Shown here one piece after another: positions 27,029-39,697 of a DNA stretch of 64,000 nt. The translations under genes and the position numbers were made by a program. The notes below the pieces were generated by a model. It was not told the DNA's origin and ran no database searches. It saw nothing but the letters and a program-made list of their open reading frames with translations. Within the stretch, counting starts at the first letter, position 1. Every line of letters starts with the position of its first letter. The stretch comes from Paragordius varius (Eukaryota > Animalia > Nematomorpha), in NCBI GenBank assembly GCA_964247055.1, contig OZ176056.1, positions 5,270,001-5,334,000 on the forward strand, written 5' to 3'.

Positions 27029-30000
27029 CAGTTGGTACAATGGCCCGCGTGCAGCATGCGGCCCTAAGAGTGCTTTAGAATTGCCTATGACCATATTGAT
27101 ACTTAAATTATTTTTTTTATCGATGAATTTTTAAAAGACACTTAAACGAATTTTTGCTTATTTTAATATTATTTTATTTTCCTTAGATTTAATTTTGGTA
27201 ATTTTATTTTTTACCCAATTTGAAATGTAGAAAAATTTCCCTATGACTTCAAAATTTTGGCACACTTTGTTTCTGTATTTTATTTTAAAATTTTTATAAT
27301 ATTTTTTTGTATTTATGCATGTCTTTCACCCAAATTGGCATAAACATATTCTTTTCATTACTATTGCATCATTTCTTATAACTCATTCCCATAAAATTTA
27401 CTTCAAATCAACATCAGTAAATCGACCGGTTTTTGTATTGCATGATTCAAATTATTTTCTATATTTTTAAAAAAATAACATAATTAAACATAAATTCAAA
27501 GGATGACATTTATTGCTAAAAAGCGTAAATTATCCGATCAAAATCTCCTCTTTAAAAAAGAATGGGAAGAAGAATTCTTTGTCGTTTAAAATAAAAATAT
27601 TTTTACCTGCCTTATATGTAATGACAAAATTATAAAAAAATACAATATTGAAAGACATTTTACAATCCATTATTCTCATAAATTACCAGAAAATCATGAG
27701 GAAAGAAACTAAAAATATAAAAATATTAAGGATAGCAGAAAGAAAAATCTATTATGTCCATAGTTTTATCCCAGGAAAAAAACTCTGTCATTAACTTCGA
27801 ATAAAATTTGCTTTAAATATGAAACCGTTTACTGATTCCCAACTTATAAAAGAATGTCAAATAAATGGTTGCACTTTTTATTTGATAAATTCCATAATAA
27901 CGATCATATCATGAGGCAAATTAAAAATCTCAACATTCTAATTCACCATGTGCTGGATGCATTGCAGATATGTCTAAATATATTTTTAATACATTGTTGA
28001 CTCTAAAAACTATTTCATCTGTGGAGGCTGAGTGGCGAAATCCTCTCCAAGCTAGAATCGAACAATGACTGTACAACAATCCCGATCTTTAAAACTTACC
28101 GAAAGAACTTTAATAACTGTAGCCAACAGGGCTCTTGAAGCTAAGCAGATGAACGCGATTAGAATTATAAATCATTTTTAAGCTCCTGAAAACGAGGAAA
28201 CGCACCAGAGTTACTAATTTAATCCCGTTGGAGACCAACGCAAAACTTCCCTGCTATATGACGATGACATCAGAACCGCTGATATTTGAAGGCTGATTAC
28301 TAATATTCAACTTTTATTTGAACCGGATACTTTGCTCCAGATTGAATAGTACTATTGCGAAGTCGGTAGTATTTTAAGATTAATTCCCACCGCTGGATAC
28401 GGTATAAATTTTTATTTTATTTTACAGCGCTTTGTTAAAGTTATTAGTATTGATGTAATATTTACAACTAAATCTATTAATGGTAACACCTATATTACAG
28501 TAAGTTAATAATATGGACTCCTTCCCATAGATATCCCACGATCAAAATGTACCACTGAAAGCCTAAATCATGCAAGACGTGACTCTGACTAGACTATTAG
28601 CCAATTATTGCGAACGACGTCCTGGGAAGCAATGTTGAAGCCGCTGATATTTGGGCAGGGCTGGTTACCAATCTCCGACATCTCTGGTCCGAGTTGAGAC
28701 TTAGCTCAGATCAAGGTCAACGACCACATATCCCGGGTTAGCGTCCCAGTTGAAGGTACAACTGAAACATGGTGGCACGAAGGGGTAACGTTGACTGTAA
28801 TGTTTAATATCTCCAAAATTGGTCTACCTTAAAGGCCACACTCATTTCAAAGAAAACCCCCTTTGACACCGAAGAGAAGAGCTTAAAATTAACTCTACAT
28901 TTGACCCACCATAGACCTTTGACATTAGTTTCTGGAGTAAGAAACAAACCCTTTTGTCTTATTTAAACTCAAATATTGTTTTTACCTACCTAACAAGGCG
29001 AAATTAACATTTATTTCAGTATGTATATATATAAATAAATATATATTATTAACTATACTAACTCACATTAACACATCTAACATGAAGGCATTTATTTATG
29101 TATGTAGATACTATTTTCACCAACCTCCGATGTGTCTCCCCGCTCTGAAGCTCAATGCGTTACGGGTGGGTAGGGATTGCCTTGACGTCAGGTGGCCGAC
29201 GATCTTCCGACGCTACACCCTTTACTTGTTTACTTGATTCTAAAAAACTGCAAATTACTACTAGCACTGATATTTCAACACCTCATGTGCGCTCTTCGTG
29301 AGATTTTGCAACGACAACATAATCAACGCGAAATAAAATTTTTTACCAATGAATAATACTACAAAAGGAAATGATTATCTCGAAACAATTAGCACTTTTT
29401 TCGATAATAATGGATCGATGAAAAAATTGGTTTTGATCTGCACAGACGGCTGCCCTCTATGATTGGAATAAACAAAAGATTTATTCCTTGAAAAACAAAT
29501 ATAATGTGCAAAATATATAATCCATTCACTGCTTTATTCTTCAGCAAAACGTGGTTTCGCGTGTAAAAGATGAATCACTTAATTCAGTATAAACGGTTGT
29601 GGATATAGTTAACCACATCCATGGCAGAGAATTAAACCGCCGTAAATTCAAAAACCTTCTGAAAGATATCCCTAGTTAGGGTGATGATATTCTTTTGTAC
29701 AACTCTATGAGATAAGCTTTAGCAGAGTATTAAATAATTTTTTTTTAAAACATGAAATTCTATTATTTATAAAAGATAACAGAAAGTTTGACGAGGAAAT
29801 TAATAGTGACAAATGGTGGGTTTTTTTAGCCTACCTTTGCGACATTGCTTAAAAACTTATATTTATAATACAAGTCTTCACGGGAACAAAATAATAACCC
29901 AATTCGTTGATCAAATATTTGCTTTTGAAGAAAAATCAATAATATATAAACAAGATATTTTACGTGAAACTCTCATGTATTTTCCAAAACTGATTCATAA

Positions 30001-30538
30001 AGAAAATATGGAATTTACAGCGGAGGTTAATTTAATAATAGACAATTAATTACATTTTTATCTTAAGAGATGAAATTCATATTTCAAGAATAAAGAAATT
30101 TAATAAAGCTTAAAACTTATCCAATATTAAGCAGCTTGAGCATTTCGGTTTTGATCAGGCGCATATCATTAAAGAATTCGTAGGTTATTTAAATGATTCC
30201 AATTTAAAGGCTATATTCAAGAAGAATCGTAGAGAAGAATGATATGTAGAGTTTTGCCAAGATGTGCTTAATGAAAATATAAAAAATGTGCTCAAGTTAT
30301 CCCAACTGTTTTTCCCTCAACTTACACGTGTGTGACGGCATATTCAAAAGTGAAGTATGTCACCAATACATACAGAAATTGTTAAACCGATTATCATATG
30401 AAAAACATATTAAGATTGTCCTGTCATGAGGCGAAACCAAAATGTGTCAAATAGCTATGGAATATTTGCCATTTAAGGTTCATAATCCTCGAAAAAAATA
30501 TATTTTATTTGGCCTGTCAAATTTCTTTGGTACCACTG
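27029..30538 (+). mobile_element. Older Buster/SPIN-type hAT element of a different family, with an internal insertion
   Basis: Ends CAGTTGGTAC / GGTACCACTG; flanks CTCTAAAA / CTTTAAAT; decayed KRKLSDQNLLFKKEWEEEFF, CLICNDK, YNIERHF, ICTDGCPSMIG, FPSTYTCVTAYSKVKY. Confidence 0.8.
28012..29233. mobile_element. Unclassified 1.2-kb insertion inside the hAT transposase
   Basis: Flanked by a ~15-bp near-duplication TTGACTCTAAAAACT / TTGATTCTAAAAAACT; transposase sequence resumes after it; GC-richer, with a TTTACTTG-like repeat at the right end. Confidence 0.6.
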
Positions 30539-32039
30539 CTTTAAATTTTAATTTTTCCTATTTAAAATAGGTAATAAAATATTTTATTGATTGTGTTACC
30601 AATTTACATATATATTTTATATTTTAAGTTTTATTTGAAAAAATAAGTTTGAAAAAGTTTAGCGGTCGTAATATATTGATTTGTATATTACGTTTTTGTC
30701 TGTATATTACAGTACTCTTCTAATCATTCCATGTTTTAATCCAAATTAAGGAATCAATTCAGAAATTTATAGGGTGGTCGATATAATCAACACAATAGAG
30801 AAATTACCGTTTTATACTACAGCAAAATTATCACTAAAGTAGGATGATTTGAGTGGAACTTTTAGAAAGATTTCTTATAAAAGCACTAATTTGTACCAAG
30901 ATATTAATAACGGCAAATGGTGTCAAGTTATTTTTCGTGAACTTACGTCTGCCAGGCCATATATTGAAAAAAAATAAAAACATATAAATTTAATAGGTCT
31001 CCATATAACGAAGTATTAATATTGGCCAACATGATCTACAAATGTGTTAAAAAGTGTTGATGATGAAATAGATGCCCTTATGTAAATTTTAAACTAGATG
31101 GCACAAAAAATATATGTGCTGCTCTTTATATACGATCCGCAGAAATCCTGGTTATTGTGGAGTTAAAACAACTGTCCAGATATATATGTCAAGCACCATT
31201 TGTGATGTAATAAACGACCCTTAGAAGAATTTTTTAATACAGCCGTCCAATTTTATATTTTTTTATTATATATAATTCGTTCATTCATTATCATCCATGC
31301 CCCAATTGTTACCGATTCAGATGCCAAAATAAAACAAAGCTGATATGACAATCCGAATGAATTGTTTCCAAAAAATTTAAATGGATAATTGCAATTATGA
31401 ATGGAAAGTGGTTTTTCGCACTAGCTAAAGCTAACGTGGCGGATTAGTAAGATGGATACACTACTCTGGATACTGTAGCGCAGAATCAATAGCTGTCATT
31501 CAATAGGACATGGCTGTCTGATCTTGGATTCCGGAGGGGATGACACTAACTACACTATACAATCTTCTGCAAGGGTCACCTACCGGCTCTACGGCCACAT
31601 TGTTTTGCTATTCCCGGTATAATTATAGGAGCGCTTGAGGTGTCGCATCAGGTAGGCACAATTGGCTACGCAGCGATTGCATAGCTGTAGCAGTCTAGAT
31701 GTATTTACACATTTTTGCTTATTATATATATATTTAGTATTATACGTTTCATTGCATTTGTTTGTTAGAAGCGCTGAAGAATGATTGACCTCCCCCTCTG
31801 AGGCGCGTAAAAGCGTAGGAAGGCAAGGGTGGTCTTGTGCAGACAGTGGCGTTAAGGAGCAAGCCTGTCACACCTTTTTCTAGATGCAAGCTTATTCCGA
31901 AATAGAAAACGGCTCTTCTGCAAGCGATATTGAATCGGAATATTATTTTGAAAGACATCAAAGTTATACATTATAATTACTTCAACATTGGATTTTTGTG
32001 GTGACATTATAATATACCATTTTTCATGCAAAAACATCA

Positions 32040-32300
32040 TTTTTCCAACCAAATGCAACATTTTTTCAACCAAACGCAACATTTTTTTAAGCAAAGGTAA
32101 CATTTTTCAAGCAAAGACAACATTTTTTCAAGCAAACGCAACATTTCTTCAAGCAAATACAACAATTATTCAACCAAACGCAACAGTTTCTCAAGCAAAC
32201 GCAACATTTTTTTAACCAAAAACAACATTTTTTCATCCAAACGCAACATTTTTTCAACCAAAGACAACATTTTTTTAAGCAAAAACAACAATTTTTTAAC
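32040..32300 (+). repeat. 21-bp minisatellite, consensus TTTTTTCAAGCAAACGCAACA, about 12 units
   Basis: Visible 21-nt periodicity; produces the heptad pseudo-ORFs. Confidence 0.9.
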
Positions 32301-32654
32301 ATAATAAACCATTTTTTATTTTAAGACCTATTGAAACGTAGAATTATGATTTTTATTGTTTTATCATCAATTAATGTTAGCATACCATTTGCACTTCAAG
32401 AGTGTCCTTGAACACTTCAAGTTGGTCCTTGAACATTTAAAGTTTCCCTATAACAATTCAAGTTGGTCCTTTGACTTTTTTGTTTTGTTCTTAACTTTTA
32501 TCAAACATATTGTATATTATTCATCTATTTTATCGTTTTTAACCTATTTTCTACCATTTAGCATAATTTTGGAATAAATATCAACTATTAATCATTCAGA
32601 AACCGTATATCTATATTAATTTTTTTATATTATACCATTTTTCATGCAAAAACA

Positions 32655-32890
32655 TCATTTTTTCAACCAAACTCAACATTTTTTCAAGCAAACGCAACAC
32701 TTTTTCAAGCAAAGACAACATATTTTCAAGCAAAGACAACAATTTTTCAAGCAAACGCAACATTTTTTCAAGCAAACGCAACATTTTTTCAACCAAAGAC
32801 AACATTTTTTCAACCAAGGACAACATTTTTTCATCCAAACGCAACATTTTTTCAACCAACGACAACATTTTTTCAAGCAAAAACAACAAT
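32655..32890 (+). repeat. 21-bp minisatellite, about 11 units
   Basis: Same consensus. Confidence 0.9.
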
Positions 32891-33772
32891 TTAAATATAA
32901 AACCATTTTTTTTATTTTAAGACATAAATTTAAAGTTAATGTAAATTAATTTTAGACTAGAATTATGATTTTTATTGTTTTATCATCAATAGATGGTATG
33001 ATTGATTTTCAAACATTTTAATTTAGCCCATAAATTGCATTATTTATTTATAAATATTTTTTTTATTAATCAATACAATTTGCGCTTTAAGACTCTCTTT
33101 AAAATTTAAAGTTATCCTTCGCTTAAAATTCCTTACATTTTTTGCAACTTCCATACAACCGTTATTTTTGTGTGTAATTATCTATTTTTTAAATTTAAAG
33201 TAATATCTTTATTTATTTGTTTTTAAATCAAAATAAATATTTTCATAGTAAAACAACTTTGTTTGAAAATTTTCTTTAATTTATCAATATAATAAATTTA
33301 TTATTGTTTTAAACTAAATATTACCATCAATAACCCACAAAACGTAGATATTTTTTAATATTAATTTATAGAAAATAATTAGGATATACGGTTCTTATGA
33401 AATAAATGTATTCACTTAAAGGTTTAGGTTAAATAAAAAAAATAGGTTTAAATAATTGAATAATGAATATTTTATTGCCTCATTAATAAAGGTTAGAATC
33501 AAAGTTAATATTGAAGGATCAACTTGAAGTGTTCTAGGAAAGAACAATCTTAAAGCGCAGTATAGATTGATTAGGTGATTAAGTTCTAAAAGAAAAAAAT
33601 AAATAATAAATAAATAATGCCATTTTTGGGCTAAATTAAAATGTTTGAAAATCAATCATACCATCATATATTGATAAAAAAACAATAAAAATCATAATAC
33701 GCTAAAATTAATTTACACTATTAATTTTAATATGTCTTAAAATAAAAAAAGGGTTTTTATTTTTTTAGAAAA

Positions 33773-34070
33773 TTGTTGTTTTTGCTTGAAAAAATGTTGT
33801 CTTTGGTTGAAAAAATGTTGTGTTTGGATGAAAAAATGTTGCGTGTGCTTGAAAAATCGTTGCGTTTGCTTGAAAAATTGTTGTCTTTGCTTGAAAAAAT
33901 GTTGCGTTTGCTGGAAAAAATGTTGTCTTTGCTTGAAAAAATGTTGCGTTTGGTTGAAAAAATGTTGCGTTTGCTTGAAAAAATGTTGCATTTGCTTGAA
34001 AAATTGTTGCATTGCTTGAAAAAATGTTGAGTTTGGTTGAAAAAATGTTGCATTTGGTTGAAAAAATGAT
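33773..34070 (-). repeat. 21-bp minisatellite, inverted, about 14 units
   Basis: TGTTGCGTTTGCTTGAAAAAA repeats. Confidence 0.9.
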
Positions 34071-34520
34071 GTTTTTGCATGAAAAATGGTATATAAGAAT
34101 TTAACACGAAATTTAAAAATATACAATTTACAATTTTTCATTTAAATCCATTAAAAGTTAATAATTTCTGTTAAATTGAAAAAAAATTAGTTAGAGACAA
34201 AAAAGTGGTTTTTAAATAAATTTTTTATTTTTATATGAATAAATTAAATAAATAAAATTAGGTTAAAAAATAATAAATAAATAAAAAATAAATCAAAATT
34301 TATAAATTTTAAGGACCAACTTGAAGTGTAGGACACTCTTAAAGTGCAAATGGTAAAATAAAATAAATTAAGGGCAAAATTAAAATGTTTGGAAATCATT
34401 TTCATTTATAATAAAAGAATAAATATCATAATTCAAAGCTAAAATTTAACTAATCATTAACTTAAAATTAAAAGAATAATTATAGAATTGTCATAATATA
34501 AAAAAATTGGTGCAAAAAAA

Positions 34521-34775
34521 TTGTTGTTTTTGCTTGAAAAAATGTTATCTTTGGTTGAAAAAATGTTGCGTTTGGATGAAAAAATGTTGTCTTTGGTTGA
34601 AAAATGTTGCGTTTGCTTGAAAAAATGTTGCGTTCGCTTGAAAAATTGTTGTCTTTGCTTGCAAAAATGTTGCGTTTGCTTGAAAAAATGTTGCGTTTGC
34701 TTGAAAAAATGTTGTGTTTGCTTAAAAAAATGTTGCGTTTGCTTGAAAAAATGTTGCATTTGGTTGAAAAAATGA
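34521..34775 (-). repeat. 21-bp minisatellite, inverted, about 12 units
   Basis: Same consensus, inverted. Confidence 0.9.
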
Positions 34776-35364
34776 TGTTTTTGCATGAAAAATGGTATAT
34801 TAATTAAAATTTTTTAATTCTGTCGTCAATTGTTATTTTATTTTTTTATTTTTCTGAGATAGTATTAACTTGGCTTTTTTGTATTAATTTGTTGATATGG
34901 CTTAGAATTTGGATTTTGTTTGCTTTTTTAATTATTGCAAGCATTAAAGATAATTATCACATTTATATACTCTTAAAATTTGATGATTTCGGATTTATTT
35001 TATTATGTAATGGGGTAGTATTTTCTATTTTTAATTTGAAGCTAAAATACATAACCTCTATCAGGTTTTAAGATAATTATTCCCAATTTTGGCATTATCG
35101 ATTAGTTTAATTTGTAACTTCTGTTCACTTAGCCTCTGATACCACGAATCTGCTTGTAAGTCTGCTATTTTTATAGATTATTCACACTCCGAGTTTTGCA
35201 GAAATATAATATTTGGTTTGGGCTTTGATTACATATCTAGTTTTTTAGCAATTTTGTAATAATTAGAAATAGACTAGTAAACATCCATTAGTTAAATAAT
35301 TTATTATTTTTTAACATTTTTTTGTATTTAAGAGATTGTATAATAAAATTTCCTTTATTTTATG

Positions 35365-35405
<41 letters not shown>

Positions 35406-35449
35406 GACATTATTAATAAAAAACCAATTTTTGACTTTTTAAAATATGT

Positions 35450-36317
35450 ATACATGTCAAATTGGGCAACTTCCTGCCCGGATATTGGACACCTTAGTTT
35501 CAGTTGTTTGAGTAACTATAAGGTTATCACAACAATACTGATAATCAGCTGTTTGGAGTATAAAATTTTTTTCATTTACCTTTTATAACGGCTTTCAATC
35601 CAAATTTTTTCAAATTCGGAAAACTCATCACTGAAATTTAAAAAATTGGATTCATTAAACGTATAATAGCCACTAATAGTACCATTCTGATGATATAATT
35701 CAAATGTTATTACCTTTAATTGATATAGTTTTGATCACATGGATTTACAAAAATTCATACATTATTTCAAGAAATTTGAAAACAGAACCATAACAATTTA
35801 TAATATATCAATATATAGCCGTTGTTAGGATACAATAGCTTTACCCTACATTTTTCATATCTTTGTCATGCAATAAATTTTTTATCAGTGGTTGTTTGGA
35901 TTTAAAAAATGGTATTTATGTTACACATTATTTAACACATCATACTCTGAACAATGGTATAATTTACGAAATCCAAATTAAATGCCACATCAGACTTACT
36001 GTATATATATTAGAATTTTTAGATTGATTCCATATAATTTGTTTTCAGATAAGTTATATGTTTCAAATTTTAAAGCCAAATAAAAGATAGATAAATTTAA
36101 TCAAAAGACAGGATGTTATATTGCTTGCAAAAGAAAAGACTACCCCTCTTATATAAAATTTTCGATTAGGCTTATTCATAATATCTGAGATGTCATAATA
36201 AATCCAAAACATATACACTATTTGGAAGAATATAACTACTTTCAATAGAAATAAGAAATACAAATTTGATAATAATTTTGCGCCTATTAACAAAAACAGA
36301 TTTGCAACCGTAATCAT
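35450..36317 (-). pseudogene. Coding-like region of unknown family (hydrophobic ORF 36063-36317 plus a ~94-codon ATG-less frame at 35450-35735)
   Basis: KVITFELYHQNGTISGYYTFNESNFLNFSDEFSEFEKIWIESRYKKVNEKNFILQTADYQYCCDNLIVTQTTETKVSNIRAGSCPI is stop-free, which is unusual at this AT content. Confidence 0.35.
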
Positions 36318-36942
36318 TCCAAAAATAATGAATAGTTAATTTTGGCGCTCTCAGATGATCTCATAAATAAATACATATCAGACAGGAAGATAACATAAAA
36401 ACCGCCTAATACATACTATTTTATTAATATCAGGTTAATGTGTCATTCACAGATTTTATGCTAAATTTTGTTAAATCTTTACAAAAAGTGAATTTTTAAC
36501 ATTTTATTATGTTATACTCCAATTTTAAGTAAGCTAAAAACATATCATCGTCATATCTATTAATTACACAAGAAAAAACTAATGAATGCGACTTCTAGGG
36601 CTGGGAGGCACCCCACGTCAATTACATGGTCATGAGCATGAAAATAACATTGTTAAAATAAAGGGGGTGGTTAGATACAGTAATGGAATCTTGATGTTTT
36701 AAAATGGAATATATTTATATATACATTTTTATTGCCCTTAGCGGGCATATGCTTTATTTGGGTATTAATTTTATTAATTTATGGGGTCCAATTTGGTTTT
36801 TGTATGGCACACAAACTATTTAATTTTGACTTTGCATAGTATACTTTAACATGAGATTAAATATTTATATATTAAGCGAGGATTTACTAATGATATGGTT
36901 TAATAAAAATTTGAGTCTACGCTCTTTTATATTTTATATGTG

Positions 36943-37011
36943 ATGAAATGGATCGAATCTGGTTTGATACCAATTTACATATTTTTAATTCTGGTGTTTT
37001 ATGCATCACAG
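36943..37011 (+). CDS. Candidate signal-peptide first exon of an unidentified gene
   Basis: ATG...MKWIESGLIPIYIFLILVFYASQ ending in phase 0 at CAG|GTACAA. Confidence 0.25.
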
Positions 37012-38204
37012 GTACAATTTTTTATCCTTTTTCAAAGGAACAATAACCTATGTATCTCCAAAACCTATATTTTTATTAATTTAATTATAAATTAAATTTT
37101 GTCTTTGATTGAATATTAGTGCTAAATATGTAATTCAAATAGAAAAGTTAGACTACAAAAAGGAATCGGAACTCATTTATTTTTAGGGAAAAAAGTCTTA
37201 ACTGGAACCAAATATTTTCGGAAAATAAGGAGCTGGAGTTACGGAAAAAGATAAAAAATTGTCGTGGAACTGAAACCAAAAATTAATTCTAGTTCCTATC
37301 CCTATTTTAATATGGCAAACCTAACCCATATAAGTTAATATCAATTATTAACGCATATCATATTGTGAATTAGCGTACTTTTAATTTAGCTTAAAGTGAT
37401 TAGGGGTTGATTGTATTTTACATTATACTACTTTGTTACATTATTATATTGTGATATCTCAATCAATAATATATATGCCGTCAAATAATCTTTAAGTTAG
37501 GCAAGTCGCTATTAAGGAAAATCAATCTTTTTTTAACGTTATAAGATAAATAAAACAGTTTTTGCAACAACTAAGGAAACGAGAAATATTGTTAATAATA
37601 TAACCCACCATGATAGTCTATTAGGATTTTTTCGAATCTTTAATCATGTCTTTTAATACCTTTACCTTTCTCCTTCCAACCGATGTAAGCGTATTAGAAT
37701 TATCAATCTTTTTACATCAAATGTAAATGGAGATTCTAAATTTTTTGAAGAGCAGATTGCCAAGTTCGACGCGGTCAGCCTTTATTTCTATGCCTTAGTG
37801 AGTATAATTGGATTAGCTTTATCCAGTTTGAACTTTGGGCTCTATAGATGTGAACAGCCCAACTTAAACGATATTATCTATAAGTGGCATTAAGTAACGG
37901 CAAAATTCGGATCAAAAATCATAGATTGTGGATTATGTGTAAAAAGAACTGCATTCAGAATTTTCTGCCTTTCGCAGTGAATGGGTATACTGATATTAAA
38001 AATACAATAGAGAGGATAGACATTGTATAAGTAACTATGCTTTTTACTAATTTGTTTAATTTTGGTGAAAAAAATACCATTGCAAATATCTTCAAGTCGT
38101 TGAATGATTTACATATTTCATCTGTATATAATGTCACTGTTAAAAAATCCGTAAAGGCTCATGACTGAATGAATAAATGAAAATATTAACGGTAATATAC
38201 TATA

Positions 38205-38523
38205 AGCAACATTTACAGTTCAAATTCATCCTTAAACAATTCGAATTCACGCTTGAACAATCCAAATTCACCCTCGAACAATTCAAATTCACCCTAAAAT
38301 AAATTATGTGTTCTTCAAGATTAAAAATTACTTATATTTTTTTATATTTTTGAAAATGAAATTTCGATTAAAATTAATATAATACTGAAAAAATAATTAA
38401 CTATGCCATAAGAATATATTTCTTATTAATGATTAGCCCGAAAACACACATTTTATTTTTAGGGTGAATTTGGATTGTTAATATTAAATTGTTCAATGGT
38501 GAATTTGAATTGTAAATGGTATA
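38205..38523. mobile_element. MITE (~310 bp) with inverted arms bearing 21-bp AACAATTCAAATTCACCCTC(G/A)-type repeats
   Basis: Left CATTTACAGTTCAAATTCA vs right TGAATTTGAATTGTAAATGGTATA. Confidence 0.7.
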
Positions 38524-38799
38524 TTTATTATATTATTATTTATGTTAAACATGTTCATATATTTATGATTTGTATCTATGAATCGATATAAACCGAATAT
38601 TATTATCATAAACCCTTTATATTTACATAATATGCTGTTAACAAATATTTATAAAATGAGCCCAGAGTACTAATGATATAATTTAGAATTTTTCCATTTT
38701 TTGTGATAGGGTTACTCATAAGTCTAGTTGAGAAAATATTTTGCCCGGAAAGGATATTTTATAAATTTAATTATAGGCGATATGCAGCTTATCTTAATG

Positions 38800-39140
38800 T
38801 ATAAGGTGGCCAACACTGGGCCGCTTGTGGCCTTCCAAAATATTTGTGCAGCCCGCGAGAAATTTCAAATTTATTTTTTTTACAAAATCTAAATAAAATT
38901 AATTTTCTTAAACAAATTATCTGCATAAATCATACCGAATTTCGGCAATGAACTAGCAAAAATTGTTAAAATCAATAGTAGTTTAGTTTTTACAGTCTTA
39001 TGTTTGAAATGAAATGCAATAAAATATTTCTCAATTCCCATATTATTTCAAATGGGTTTGGATTTTAAAATGCGGCCCGCGAACCTGATTGGATGCACGA
39101 AATTTAATCTAGAAATTCTGTATTAAACTGTAATTGAGAC
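38800..39140. mobile_element. Degenerate Buster-type MITE remnant
   Basis: AGGTGGCCAAC...GGGCCGC...GCAGCCCGCGA and GCGGCCCGCGA subterminal motifs like those of 27029-27065. Confidence 0.35.
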
Positions 39141-39472
39141 CATAATTATAATTAACTGATATTGATGGAAAAACGCAACATAACTTGCCATTTTACGATA
39201 TATATTTTTTCATTATTTTTTACCTTTATATAAATAACCATAAATTGCCAAATTTAAATTTAATTCAAATATAGTTTAAATTTATTAACCCCTATATTTT
39301 TATTGTTAAATTAAAATTTGTTAAGTTAAAAAAATTTAAATTGTTAACATCCTTCATAATTGCCAAAAATTAATTAGAATTTTTGAATCGAATATTAAGG
39401 TAAGCATAGTTCTCAGACGTAAAATAGTTTTTATGTGATTGTTGCATCCGTTTTGGACTATTATTATTCTGA

Positions 39473-39697
39473 TATATCATCACATCGAATTCACCCTCAA
39501 ACAATTTAAAAACAGCCTTAATCAATTATGTGTTTTTTAAGATTAAAAATTACATATATTTTTTTATATTTTTAAAAATAAAATTTTGTTAAGATTAAAA
39601 CAATAAGCGATAAAAATATACTTCCTATTAATAATGAGTTATATAGCCCGAAAATACTTAATTTATTTTTTGGCTGAATTTGAATTGTAAAGTGTAA
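39473..39697. mobile_element. MITE, same family, shorter copy
   Basis: GAATTCACCCTCAAACAATT...AATTATGTGTTTTTTAAGATTAAAAATTAC...TGAATTTGAATTGTAAA. Confidence 0.6.

Larger units (their letters stand above)
32631..34093. mobile_element. Foldback-like element (inner copy) nested in the outer one
   Basis: Same termini; both arms share GATGGTATGATTGATTTTCAAACATTTTAATTTAGCCCA, which differs from the outer-arm variant. Confidence 0.7.
32013..34799. mobile_element. Foldback-like element (outer copy) with modular inverted arms containing 21-bp minisatellites
   Basis: Termini TATACCATTTTTCATGCAAAAAC / GTTTTTGCATGAAAAATGGTATA; both arms share inner CCATTTGCACTT(C/T)AAGAGTGTCC and CACTTCAAGTTGGTCC. Confidence 0.7.

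Noticed and set aside
32040-34775. CRISPR array
   Set aside because: Contiguous tandem repeats with no unique spacers, eukaryotic context, no cas genes
31852-34807. Heptad-repeat ORFs (QHFFKQT, EKMLRLL, KKCCVCL) as real coiled-coil or Cys-rich proteins
   Set aside because: Open in several frames on both strands as a by-product of a nearly stop-free 21-bp minisatellite within TE arms
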